A stretch of DNA of 64,000 nt from an uncultured Gammaproteobacteria bacterium (GTDB lineage Bacteria; Pseudomonadota; Gammaproteobacteria; Magnimaribacterales; TMED112), in contig CAJWNO010000002.1 in the NCBI GenBank assembly GCA_913044115.1, forward strand, positions 16,171-80,170, read 5' to 3'. Each line of letters starts with the position of its first letter. Positions within the stretch are counted from its first letter, which is position 1. Shown here one piece after another: positions 50,307 through 59,320 of this stretch. Below the pieces are notes generated by a model, which saw only the letters and a list, made by a program, of their open reading frames with translations, was not told where the DNA came from and searched no databases. A program made the translations under genes and the position numbers.

Positions 50307-50944
50307 CCTGAATCGCTGCCAACCACCACTGTCGTAGGACTATCTACAGAGAAAATACCAACATCAACTACACCGTTAATAGAAAGAACTTCATGTTCAA
50401 TTTTGAGAGGGTCTTCTATCATAAAGTTATGGATATCATAAAGGTGGTTGCCATTATCGCTTAAACCATCTCTTTTAATAATCTTATTGGAGTATTGCGC
50501 AAGAGATGAAATTGCTTCTTCAGACTCCTCAGATTCAATTTCTACTGGTAGAGGAAATTTCCCCAAGGTATTTACTAATTTTTCATCGTCGACTATACAA
50601 ATAAACCTTTGTGCTTGTTTGGCTAGTTTCTTTTCATTAGTGTGAGCGCCCCCGCCGCCTTTAATTAGATTAAGATTATCATCTACCTCATCTGCACCAT
50701 CTATATACACATCTAGCAAATTATTGGGCTTATATTCTGATACCTGAAAACCTAATTTAAGCAGTAGTTCACTGGTTCTATCTGAGCTTGAATACAGTGA
50801 TTTGATTTTTTCTCCTAGTAACGGTAAAAAATTTTCAGTAAAGCAATCAGTTGTGCTGCCAGTCCCTATCCCAACGCTCAGAGGACCATTTAACTGTTTT
50901 AAAATTTCAAATGCACCAGCTGCCGCATTGTTCTTTTTAGACAT
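50285..50944 (-). CDS. rpiA: Ribose-5-phosphate isomerase A
   Basis: GIGTGST, DGADEVD and KGGGGAHTNEK motifs. Confidence 0.92.
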   Translation of the reverse strand: MSKKNNAAAGAFEILKQLNGPLSVGIGTGSTTDCFTENFLPLLGEKIKSLYSSSDRTSELLLKLGFQVSEYKPNNLLDVYIDGADEVDDNLNLIKGGGGAHTNEKKLAKQAQRFICIVDDEKLVNTLGKFPLPVEIESEESEEAISSLAQYSNKIIKRDGLSDNGNHLYDIHNFMIEDPLKIEHEVLSINGVVDVGIFSVDSPTTVVVGSDSGYRLIDS

Positions 50945-51482
50945 AAACTCCTTTGTCAGTAACTACTTTATTTAATCTTACATCATGCAATGATTGAAAA
51001 TGCCTATTAGTCTTTAAGAAATCATAACTCAAGCCAATTAAGAGAGGACGATCGTCCTTTTCTCTAAAGCAGGAGAACGTTTTATCGTAAAAGCCACCAC
51101 CATACCCAACTCTAAATAGTTCGTCATTGAATGCTATAAGAGGGACAAGAAATATATCAATCTCATTTAAGGGTAATGACTTTGAGTCAAGGGGTTCTTT
51201 TATACCATACTGGTTAGTTCTAAAATTTTTTGAGTGCTTATAAAAGACTAATTTTTCTCCCTTTATTTTTGGATAGTAATATTCTTTATCGTCTTTGATT
51301 TTGATAATGACTTCATTATTGATTGGATAGTAACAGCCAATTTTGGTAGCTTGCATATATTCATCTTGCTTAATTAAATTTTCATTTATAGCTGTAGATA
51401 AAGAGATTACGCTTTCGGCACAAAGATTATCTCTAAGTTGCTTAAATTCTTTTCTGATTTTAATTTTAGACATCTGAACCAT
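50937..51482 (-). CDS. ygfA: 5-formyltetrahydrofolate cyclo-ligase
   Basis: GYGGGFYDK motif. Lies downstream of 6S RNA as in E. coli. The start is the ATG at 51482 or 51473, and both lie inside the 6S 3' arm. Confidence 0.8.
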   Translation of the reverse strand: MVQMSKIKIRKEFKQLRDNLCAESVISLSTAINENLIKQDEYMQATKIGCYYPINNEVIIKIKDDKEYYYPKIKGEKLVFYKHSKNFRTNQYGIKEPLDSKSLPLNEIDIFLVPLIAFNDELFRVGYGGGFYDKTFSCFREKDDRPLLIGLSYDFLKTNRHFQSLHDVRLNKVVTDKGVYV

Positions 51483-51637
51483 TGCTTTCAGTCACCCTGA
51501 ACCCTAAGGTCAGGTGGGCAACTCTTTTACCTAGTAAGGCCTCCTTTTTTAAGTAACGCACAGCTAAATAAAATCTGTTTCCCTAAATTTATATTATCGG
51601 TTCTAAAGTAAATTCTGAAAACCGATGATTCAGACAC
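51471..51637 (-). ncRNA. ssrS: 6S RNA (ends approximate)
   Basis: Lies in the zapA-ygfA spacer. The minus-strand segment CACCUGACCUUAGGGUUCAGGGUGACUGAAAGC matches E. coli 6S CACCUUGAACCAAGGGUUCAAGGGUUACAGCC. CCGAUAAUAUAAA matches CCGAUAUUUCAUA. AGGCCUUAC matches AAGCCUUAA. A long closing stem forms between 5' GUCUGAAUCAU..UUUCAG and 3' CUGAAAGCAAUGGUUCAGAU. Confidence 0.8.
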
Positions 51638-51641
51638 TTTA

Positions 51642-51669
51642 AATATAACTATTTGGAATAATTTTGTAA
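51642..51669 (-). promoter_or_regulatory. Candidate 6S RNA promoter
   Basis: The minus strand reads TTACAA-16 nt-TATATT, immediately after the zapA stop and 5-8 nt upstream of the predicted 6S 5' end. Confidence 0.4.
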
Positions 51670-51954
51670 CTATTGATTAAGAAATATTTCTACTTTTTTT
51701 ATAAGCTCTGATAGCTGTTCATCTGACTCGGTATTTTCCTCAGTCTCCTTTGTTTTCAGCTTCTCATTTTCAATTGCTAACTGCAGAGCAGAATAAACTA
51801 TTGCATCATCAAGTTGCTCTTCTGTATGTTCAATATTCTCAACAAGCTCTATTATCTTTTTTTCAGCTTTTTTAAATGGGACATAATCATTAAAGGGAAT
51901 CATAAAAGAAAACTTTCTTTCTTTAATTAGCAGCTCCACTCTTTGCTCATTCAT
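51670..51954 (-). CDS. zapA: Cell division protein ZapA
   Basis: 94 aa. The N-terminal pattern V-L-I--R-F and the coiled-coil C-terminus resemble E. coli ZapA. It sits directly upstream of 6S RNA. Confidence 0.6.
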   Translation of the reverse strand: MNEQRVELLIKERKFSFMIPFNDYVPFKKAEKKIIELVENIEHTEEQLDDAIVYSALQLAIENEKLKTKETEENTESDEQLSELIKKVEIFLNQ

Positions 51955-52679
51955 CCTAGAGATTTACCCCCATCTATATTTATATTTCTTCCTGTCATAT
52001 AGGTATTTTTTGTTAATAAATAATCAATAATTGCAACTATATCGCCTTCATTTCCTATTCGTTTCATAGGAATACTAGCTAAAATTTCATTTTTCTTTTC
52101 TTCAGTAGGCTCATTAACATCCCATAAAATAGCTCCTGGACTTACTGAGTTTACTAACACTTCAGGAGCCAACTCTTTAGCTAATGATTTGGTAAAATTC
52201 ATTAGCCCAGCTTTTGCAGCAGTATATATTGAGTAGTCTTTGAGGCCTTGTTCAGCATGTATGTCTACGATATTTATTATTTTCCCTTTATTCTTCTTGA
52301 GTTCATCAGAACAAATTTTTGAAATGAAGATTGGCTGGTAAAGATTAGATGTTGTTAATTTTATCCAATCATCATGCGATGATTCGCTTAGCTTTTTAGG
52401 ATAAAAAGTAGAAGCATTATTTATTAATGCGGTTAGGCCTGGTATGTGTAATTTAAGTTCTTCATAAAAATTTTCAGATGATTTTTCATCGTCAAAATCA
52501 CACTGAATTGTTTGGCATGAGTTAGGCCGTATCTTGTTTAAGGAATCCTGAATGCTTATTGCTTCTGTTTTTGAAGATCTGTAATGAAATAGAATATCCC
52601 AACCAATTGAATGGAAGTGATGGACTAAAGCTTTACCAATACGTTGTGCCCCACCTGTTATAAAAACTTTATTTTTCAT
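51951..52679 (-). CDS. Short-chain dehydrogenase, pteridine/dihydromonapterin reductase-like (FolM family)
   Basis: ITGGAQRIGKAL cofactor motif with HYRSS. Catalytic YTAAK. Confidence 0.65.
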   Translation of the reverse strand: MKNKVFITGGAQRIGKALVHHFHSIGWDILFHYRSSKTEAISIQDSLNKIRPNSCQTIQCDFDDEKSSENFYEELKLHIPGLTALINNASTFYPKKLSESSHDDWIKLTTSNLYQPIFISKICSDELKKNKGKIINIVDIHAEQGLKDYSIYTAAKAGLMNFTKSLAKELAPEVLVNSVSPGAILWDVNEPTEEKKNEILASIPMKRIGNEGDIVAIIDYLLTKNTYMTGRNINIDGGKSLG

Positions 52680-53673
52680 ATTTTTTTATTATTTCTTTTA
52701 ACACTTCCATTTTAACAGACTGCGCATCTTTATTTTTATCTAATAAAAGCTCTCCAAAGTTATAATTAGCGTACTCCTTAATAATCGGAATGCATTCAAT
52801 TTGAATTTCTTTAAAATACTTTAAAGTGAAGATGCTTTCCTCTAAATTATTTTTTGAAAAAGCACTAAAAAAATCTAGCTTATACTCAATATTGCCTTCT
52901 AATTTGTAACCATGAAACCTTTTCCACATTAATAGCTGTCTGGAGAAGCTATTGGGAACCTCAAGTTGTTTTGCAAACTTAAAGTCATTGACATCCGAGA
53001 CATAACACCACTTAATTTCAGGCATATCGGATTCTATTTCTGGTATTTCGACTAGTTCCTCAAACCAAGGCTCTGTTAATTGAAAAGATCTAATTACATA
53101 AAGAAATTCTTCAAACTTATTATTAAGGCTTTTTTGAACTTCACCCCAAACCCTATCATTTGATAAGTGCCTCAGTTCACCAGATTCTGCAATTTTTCTT
53201 AGAACATCTTGTGTTGAGTCATGAATTTGAAATTCAGGCATTTGAGACTTAAATCTGGCAACCCTTAAAGCTCTCAAGGGGTCTTCATAAAATGCTTCTG
53301 ATACATGTCTAAAAATTCTATTTTTAATATCAGCCTGACCATTAAAAGGGTCTATTAGTTCACCATTGCTAGATCTCGCAATTGCATTAATGGTTAAATC
53401 CCTTCTTTCTAAATCTTCTTCTATGGTTATATCTGGCGTAAAGATAAAATCAAAATTCTTATAGCCATGACCAGACTTAAGCTCCTTTCTAGCTAAGGCA
53501 TATTCTTCATTTGTTTCTGGATGCAGAAATACTGGAAAGTCTTTTCCAACTTGTTTATAGCCAAGACTTAACATTTCTTCAATTGATGAGCCTACTACAA
53601 GCCAGTCATTATCTTTTGGCTTAAGGCCTAAAAGCTCATCTCTTACAGCGCCTCCAACCTTAAAAATCTTCAT
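52669..53673 (-). CDS. cca: tRNA nucleotidyltransferase (CCA-adding), short form without recognisable HD domain
   Basis: N-terminal GGAVRDELLG..PKDNDW and RRDLTINA motifs. 334 aa. Confidence 0.85.
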   Translation of the reverse strand: MKIFKVGGAVRDELLGLKPKDNDWLVVGSSIEEMLSLGYKQVGKDFPVFLHPETNEEYALARKELKSGHGYKNFDFIFTPDITIEEDLERRDLTINAIARSSNGELIDPFNGQADIKNRIFRHVSEAFYEDPLRALRVARFKSQMPEFQIHDSTQDVLRKIAESGELRHLSNDRVWGEVQKSLNNKFEEFLYVIRSFQLTEPWFEELVEIPEIESDMPEIKWCYVSDVNDFKFAKQLEVPNSFSRQLLMWKRFHGYKLEGNIEYKLDFFSAFSKNNLEESIFTLKYFKEIQIECIPIIKEYANYNFGELLLDKNKDAQSVKMEVLKEIIKKYEK

Positions 53674-54488
53674 TTAATAGAATCCACAGTAACTATTGAT
53701 TTATCCTCGATATTTATAGCCGCCAAAGAGCCGCCCCAAACACAACCCAAATCAATTCCTTTTATATTGTTATGGTTTGTAACTCCGTTAAGAGCTGCCC
53801 AATGTCCAAATATTATATTTTCAACTTCTTTGAGACACTTATGTTCGTAGGCAAACCATGGCTGAAATTTATTTGAGCCTGATTTTTTTACTTTTGTTTG
53901 TAGATCAAGCTTATTGTTCTTTGATAAGAAGCGCATTCTGGTAAATACATTTATTAAATACCTACGTCTATTTTTTTTATTTGTTGATTTAGAGATCGCT
54001 TTGCTACGATCACTGTACATGGTAGAAAAGAATTTTTCAGGATCATTTTTCAAGCTTTCAGTTAACTCTTCATTAGCACTAAGAACATTTTCTAATGACC
54101 ATGTAGGCAAAATTCCAGCATGCACGATAAGAGATTTCTTATTGTTATTAGAGATAACTTTAGCAAAAGGAAACTGTGAGAAATAATCGATTATTTCAAC
54201 TGCCTTATTTTTATTAATGATACGCATCATTGTGTCCTTTTTTTTATTATGTTTTTTTGCACCTATTAATATTGCCATAAGGTGCAAGTCATGATTTCCC
54301 AAGACACTTTTAACATTATTTTCAAGCACAAAATCAACTACTTTTTCCGATTCAGGCCCTCTGTTAACAAGATCACCGACACAAACGAACTTATTTTCTT
54401 TTTTTGGATCAATAAGCTTTATCAGGTTTTTGAATTCTTTATAACAGCCTTGAATATCGCCAATTATAAATTTAGATTTGGCTTTCAT
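53670..54488 (-). CDS. apaH: Bis(5'-nucleosyl)-tetraphosphatase, symmetrical
   Basis: Metallophosphatase motifs GDIQGC, GDLVNRGP, GNHD, and GH near the C-terminus. Confidence 0.9.
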   Translation of the reverse strand: MKAKSKFIIGDIQGCYKEFKNLIKLIDPKKENKFVCVGDLVNRGPESEKVVDFVLENNVKSVLGNHDLHLMAILIGAKKHNKKKDTMMRIINKNKAVEIIDYFSQFPFAKVISNNNKKSLIVHAGILPTWSLENVLSANEELTESLKNDPEKFFSTMYSDRSKAISKSTNKKNRRRYLINVFTRMRFLSKNNKLDLQTKVKKSGSNKFQPWFAYEHKCLKEVENIIFGHWAALNGVTNHNNIKGIDLGCVWGGSLAAINIEDKSIVTVDSIK

Positions 54489-55227
54489 ACTGCATTAGTA
54501 TTTCAAAATAATCGTTAATCTCAAGCTCTTCAGCTCTGCTATTCACATCAAAGCTTAAATCTTCAGGATTTATATTGAGGTTCTTAATTGCATTAGATAT
54601 TTTTTTTCTAGGATTAGCAAAACAAATAGATAAAACTTTTTTAAAGCTCTTATACCTTGAACGATGCTCACTAAATTGATTGTGAGGAGTAATTTTAATA
54701 ACTGTTGAAACTACTTTTGGCACAGGATCAAAAGCTTCTGGTGGAATATCAAAAAGTGATTCAATATCGCAAAATAACTGGCTTTGTATCGATATTTTTG
54801 ATGATTTTACACTTGCAATAAACCTATTTGCCAGTTCCTTTTGAATTAAAAAAATACAGTGTTTATAGTTTATGCAGGACTCTATAATATTTAAGATTAT
54901 TTGCGATGATACGTTATAAGGTAAATTTCCCATGACAATTGCTTCATTAGGAATATGATCATTAAGGTTGATTGTTAAAAAATCTTGATTAACAACTTTT
55001 AAATTTTTATCAGAATATTTTTGCTTTAGAAATTCACTAAATCTTGTATCTATTTCAAATGCTTTAAGATTTTTGCATTTTTTTAGAATCAAGTCTGTCA
55101 GAGCACCATCGCCTGGACCTACTTCAATAACTTCACTATTTTCATCTATTTGTGAACTATTAATTATTTTATCTAGATAAAAAAAGTCTTTTAAAAAATT
55201 TTGCCCTAATGATTTTTTAAGCTGCAT
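54472..55227 (-). CDS. rsmA: 16S rRNA (adenine1518/1519-N6)-dimethyltransferase
   Basis: LGQNFL, EVGPGDGALT and GNLPYNVSS motifs. Confidence 0.93.
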   Translation of the reverse strand: MQLKKSLGQNFLKDFFYLDKIINSSQIDENSEVIEVGPGDGALTDLILKKCKNLKAFEIDTRFSEFLKQKYSDKNLKVVNQDFLTINLNDHIPNEAIVMGNLPYNVSSQIILNIIESCINYKHCIFLIQKELANRFIASVKSSKISIQSQLFCDIESLFDIPPEAFDPVPKVVSTVIKITPHNQFSEHRSRYKSFKKVLSICFANPRKKISNAIKNLNINPEDLSFDVNSRAEELEINDYFEILMQYESQI

Positions 55228-56212
55228 GATTCTTTAGGGAAATAAGCATAGCTTCTAACATGCTCTCATTATTTGCGGAATAAGAAGCAGCAATATTTTC
55301 GGCCGTACCATGATCTACAGAAACTCTTAAAAAAGGTAAGCCTAGTGTTATATTTACTGTTTTATTGAAATCCAGAGTTTTTATGACAGGCAATGCTTGA
55401 TCATGATACATAGACAAAACAGCATCATGATTTCTAATTGCAAAGGCAGTATCTGCTGATAATGGCCCAATTGCGTTATAACCGTCAGCCAGCAACTCTT
55501 TTATGGCAGGTGAAATAATCAGCTGTTCTTCTTTACCAATGCTGCCAGATTCACCTGCATGAGGATTAAGACCAAGAACAGCAATTTTAGGATTTATATA
55601 TCCAAAAATACTCTCAAGCCCGTCGTGCAATAAATGAAATTTATTTACGATAAGATCTTTTGTTATCGAGTTTGGTACTTTAGAAAGTGGTATATGTGTT
55701 GTTGCTATTCCTAAGTGTAATTCACTATTTGTAAGAAACATAAGAACTTCATCTACACCAAACTTATTTTTTAAATATTCAGTATGACCAGAAAAATTTT
55801 GAAGATGAGTGCTAATGATTTTTTTATTAATTGGCCCTGTAATAAGACAAGATTTATTTTCATTGGCTAGTTCAGCTGCTTTTGAAAGACATTTTAAGAT
55901 ATAACCAGCATTTTCTTCATTCGGTGAACCTAATTCATAATCGAGGCAGCCATCAACATTCTGAACATTAATTGCATCATCTGAAAGATTATCAAAGTTT
56001 GAGACTTCATTTATCTGAATCGTCTTATTAAGATCTTTTATAGCTTTGTGCACTACATCTGTAGAAGAAATTACGACGAAAGAATTTAAGTTTTTTTGTA
56101 TTTCTGGATTATTTAAAGACTTTACAAATACTTCAGGGCCAATTCCAGAAGGATCGCCTAAAGATATAAAGATTGGGTTACTAGTCAAGCTCCTTGATCT
56201 CAATAAATGCAT
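55217..56212 (-). CDS. pdxA: 4-hydroxythreonine-4-phosphate dehydrogenase
   Basis: GDPSGIGPE, GHTEYL, LNPHAGE and SVDHGTA motifs. Confidence 0.92.
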   Translation of the reverse strand: MHLLRSRSLTSNPIFISLGDPSGIGPEVFVKSLNNPEIQKNLNSFVVISSTDVVHKAIKDLNKTIQINEVSNFDNLSDDAINVQNVDGCLDYELGSPNEENAGYILKCLSKAAELANENKSCLITGPINKKIISTHLQNFSGHTEYLKNKFGVDEVLMFLTNSELHLGIATTHIPLSKVPNSITKDLIVNKFHLLHDGLESIFGYINPKIAVLGLNPHAGESGSIGKEEQLIISPAIKELLADGYNAIGPLSADTAFAIRNHDAVLSMYHDQALPVIKTLDFNKTVNITLGLPFLRVSVDHGTAENIAASYSANNESMLEAMLISLKNHAA

Positions 56213-57428
56213 CAGCTCTTAGCTCTTGCAAATCTGTCTCTAACTCTTCTTCAAACTTTCTATTAAACAGATAAGAAAATGCTCTATCTTCTATTCTCTC
56301 ATTGGTTTTATCTTCAACTCGGGTGTCTAGCACTTCTAATATATGCCACCCAAACTGACTTAAAAAAGGATCTGTAATTTCATTTAAGTTAGATTTAATC
56401 ATCTGTCTTTCAAACTCTTCATCATAGGTTCCTTCTCCTGCCCAGTCTAAGAGACCACCCTCTTGTTTAGACCCAGGGTCATCAGAATACTCTGAGGCTA
56501 GAGCTTCAAAACTTTCCCCATTTTCTATTCTGGCTTTTATTTCACTAATAAGTTTTTCACTTGCTTCATCTGGTCTGATTCTATTTGGTATTAATAAGAT
56601 ATGCCTTAGTTTCCATTGTTTCTCAAAAGTAACCGTTGGTCCTCTTTTGTCTTCCAAGAACAATAGATGCTTCCCAGCACCACTTGTTATTGGCTGCGAT
56701 AAATCACCTATTTTCATATCTTTTATTGTGTCCGCAAATAACTCAGGGAATCCAGGGAGTTTTCTCCATCCAAGATCTCCAGAGCCATTGTCTTCGGAAA
56801 ATTCTGAAATGAAGTTCTCTATATTTTTGCCCTCTGAAAGACCTAATAAAACCGCCCCATACACATCATCAACATTTTGTGATGAATTATTTCTAATTAA
56901 TATCTGTCTTACTTTCAGCTCAGGACCTAATTGATTTTGAGCTTCTTCAGTATTTAGGAAATTTTCTAATTCTTCTTTACTAATTTGAATTTTATTCTGA
57001 ATTCTTCCTTGTTGAACCCTATTGATTTTTAAGCTTCGTCTTATTTCCTCTCTAAGTTCTGAATATGAGTCTCCTCTATCTTCAACTACTTTAATAAAAC
57101 CTTCGATATCAAGATTGTTTTGTTGAGCTAGTCTTTTGACTGTCATATTTAATTCTTCATCGCTAATTTTTATGCCAACTTTATCTGCTATTTGTAGTTG
57201 TAGTTCACTGATTATTAGTTGATCTAAGACATCTTCTCTTAGCACATCATCAGCTGGAATTTTTTGGCCATTGAGTGTGGCATTCTTTTTAAATTCTGAT
57301 ATTTTTTGCTGAATATCAGATTCCAAGACAACTCCGTCGTTGACGATAACTGCTACCCTATCTAGTTCTTGTGCTGAAACCATGCTTGAGACAAACAGGA
57401 TAGTAAAAAGTCTAATTAAAAAGTCCAT
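56181..57428 (-). CDS. surA: Periplasmic chaperone/PPIase SurA
   Basis: Signal peptide, an N-terminal SurA domain and parvulin-like segments (RHILL, GWHILEV). lptD-surA-pdxA synteny. Confidence 0.85.
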   Translation of the reverse strand: MDFLIRLFTILFVSSMVSAQELDRVAVIVNDGVVLESDIQQKISEFKKNATLNGQKIPADDVLREDVLDQLIISELQLQIADKVGIKISDEELNMTVKRLAQQNNLDIEGFIKVVEDRGDSYSELREEIRRSLKINRVQQGRIQNKIQISKEELENFLNTEEAQNQLGPELKVRQILIRNNSSQNVDDVYGAVLLGLSEGKNIENFISEFSEDNGSGDLGWRKLPGFPELFADTIKDMKIGDLSQPITSGAGKHLLFLEDKRGPTVTFEKQWKLRHILLIPNRIRPDEASEKLISEIKARIENGESFEALASEYSDDPGSKQEGGLLDWAGEGTYDEEFERQMIKSNLNEITDPFLSQFGWHILEVLDTRVEDKTNERIEDRAFSYLFNRKFEEELETDLQELRADAFIEIKELD

Positions 57429-59280
57429 TATTTATAATATTATCTATTGGAGTAAGTATATTAGTAAGTCCAATCAACTCAAATTCAAAACTAAGGTTAT
57501 TTTTTACTTTAGGATTAGTCAAATATATTAAGTCATAATATGACACTTCAGCATAATCAGGATCAACAAAAGGAAAAAATCTGGCTCTTTCCATACTTAA
57601 CCTCAGTCGCAAACAATCATATTCCCATTCAAGGCCCAAAATATTTTCATTCATTGTTTTTTCATCTCTTGAATATTGAGCTCTAGAAAAGACTTTAAAA
57701 CTGTCAAAATCTCTTTTGAATTTAAGCACATAGTTATCTAAGGGCATTAATGGGAAGCTTGAAGGAATTAAGTTTGTTTTTTGTAAGGATAATGATGTTT
57801 TATCATCTGTGTATCTTGCTCCTGCCATTAAGCCCATAAAGTCACTTTTCTCAGTACTGTAGTTGCCCATTGCAAAAAAGTTTAAATGTTTATTTTTAGT
57901 ATTTAATGAGAAGAAAATAGGTTTTTTATCGTAGAACTTTTTGAAAATCATGCTTTCTTGAGCGAAGTTATATTTTTCATATAGGTTAGTTGACACTGAA
58001 AAATCTAAGTTTTTACCTTTCCAACTTTTAAAAAGAAATATTTTTCTAGAATTAGTTGCTCTATCCTTGCCAACCCATGGATTTAAAGAGATGTTTGATT
58101 CTGGTGATGGGTTTAAAGGATATGAATCTATTATCGGCAAGTTGCTTTCATCTGAAAAAGATGACCAAATAAAACCAAGCTTTAAGCTCTTATCACTTTG
58201 AAAAGAAAAGACCTGTTGTGTCGCAAAATTATTTGATTCTAAATCATCATCTGAACTTATAACCTTATATTCTCGGGTAGAGACTAAAAACTTAGAACTA
58301 TAACTAAAACTGTTAAATTCGAATTTTTTATATAGATTTATATCTCTGGAATATCTCTCAACCTCATCAAATATTTGATATGGCATTGCTAGATCTTGTG
58401 AAGTGTTGTTCTTAAATTTTGCAAATTCTGAGTTTAATTCAATTTCCCAACCAGAATAGGTAAAAAATCTATCGTATGTAATAAAGTCTTTTGAATGTGA
58501 TACTGGTCTGAGTGCTCCAATATTTAAAAAGTTATCTGAGAAGATTGAAAAACTTCTATTATTTTTTGTTACTGCTAGCCCAACAGATTGTTTGAGATCA
58601 AGACTTCTTCTATTGATGTCTAAATATCTATAACCATAATTTTGAATAAGTGAGTTTCCACTCAGGTCAGAATAATCAAGTGTAAAGGAGACAAAATCAC
58701 TGAGATTGATAACTGAATCAATGTCGTAGACCCATGAACTATTTTCATCATCAATTGCCAAGCTCTTGAAGTTAAAATTATTTCTTCCATCGTCATAACC
58801 ATAATTCATAGAAAGGCCAAAAGAAGAATTTGTATAAATAGGCTCTAAAACAAATTGGGAGTTTTCAGATTTCGTTTTAAATTTGTAACTTATATCCAGA
58901 TTAGAATCAGTTACTCCTAAGTTTGGGATATTAAAGCTGTCATCTTCATTAAGGCTGACTTCACCTAACCAAAAAATTGGCACATCAAAAACTCGCAGTT
59001 TTGTATTCTGAATTGTAAGATTATTGCCATCTATTTGAGCATTCTCTGCAGTTAAGGCCCAGACTGAACTATCCTTACAAGAAGTCACTTTGACATTCTT
59101 TAACTCAAGCTCATCTTCATTGCTGATAGCTTCTTTAAAAGTTAAATTTATATTTTTAGATATTTCAATATCGCCATCTTCAATTTTTACATCAGGTTGC
59201 GCTGTATCTTCACACTCCTCTGAAAAAGATAAAGTGCTAAAAAATATTAATCCAAACAAGATATTATTAACTTTTTTCAT
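57412..59280 (-). CDS. lptD: LPS-assembly outer-membrane protein LptD (short, 622 aa)
   Basis: Signal peptide and beta-rich sequence with alternating aromatic residues. C-terminus is ...GLFN. It lies upstream of surA and divergent from amgK-murU, as in Pseudomonas. Confidence 0.75.
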   Translation of the reverse strand: MKKVNNILFGLIFFSTLSFSEECEDTAQPDVKIEDGDIEISKNINLTFKEAISNEDELELKNVKVTSCKDSSVWALTAENAQIDGNNLTIQNTKLRVFDVPIFWLGEVSLNEDDSFNIPNLGVTDSNLDISYKFKTKSENSQFVLEPIYTNSSFGLSMNYGYDDGRNNFNFKSLAIDDENSSWVYDIDSVINLSDFVSFTLDYSDLSGNSLIQNYGYRYLDINRRSLDLKQSVGLAVTKNNRSFSIFSDNFLNIGALRPVSHSKDFITYDRFFTYSGWEIELNSEFAKFKNNTSQDLAMPYQIFDEVERYSRDINLYKKFEFNSFSYSSKFLVSTREYKVISSDDDLESNNFATQQVFSFQSDKSLKLGFIWSSFSDESNLPIIDSYPLNPSPESNISLNPWVGKDRATNSRKIFLFKSWKGKNLDFSVSTNLYEKYNFAQESMIFKKFYDKKPIFFSLNTKNKHLNFFAMGNYSTEKSDFMGLMAGARYTDDKTSLSLQKTNLIPSSFPLMPLDNYVLKFKRDFDSFKVFSRAQYSRDEKTMNENILGLEWEYDCLRLRLSMERARFFPFVDPDYAEVSYYDLIYLTNPKVKNNLSFEFELIGLTNILTPIDNIINNGLFN

Positions 59281-59320
59281 ATGCTTGTATTATAGGACTT
59301 ATACTATAAAAAAAAGTTTA

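Noticed and set aside
59090-59320. N-terminal 77-codon extension of the SDR ORF in the track
   Set aside because: The extension is antisense to the lptD 5' end and is Ser-rich. The conserved SDR N-terminus begins at the ATG at 59321.
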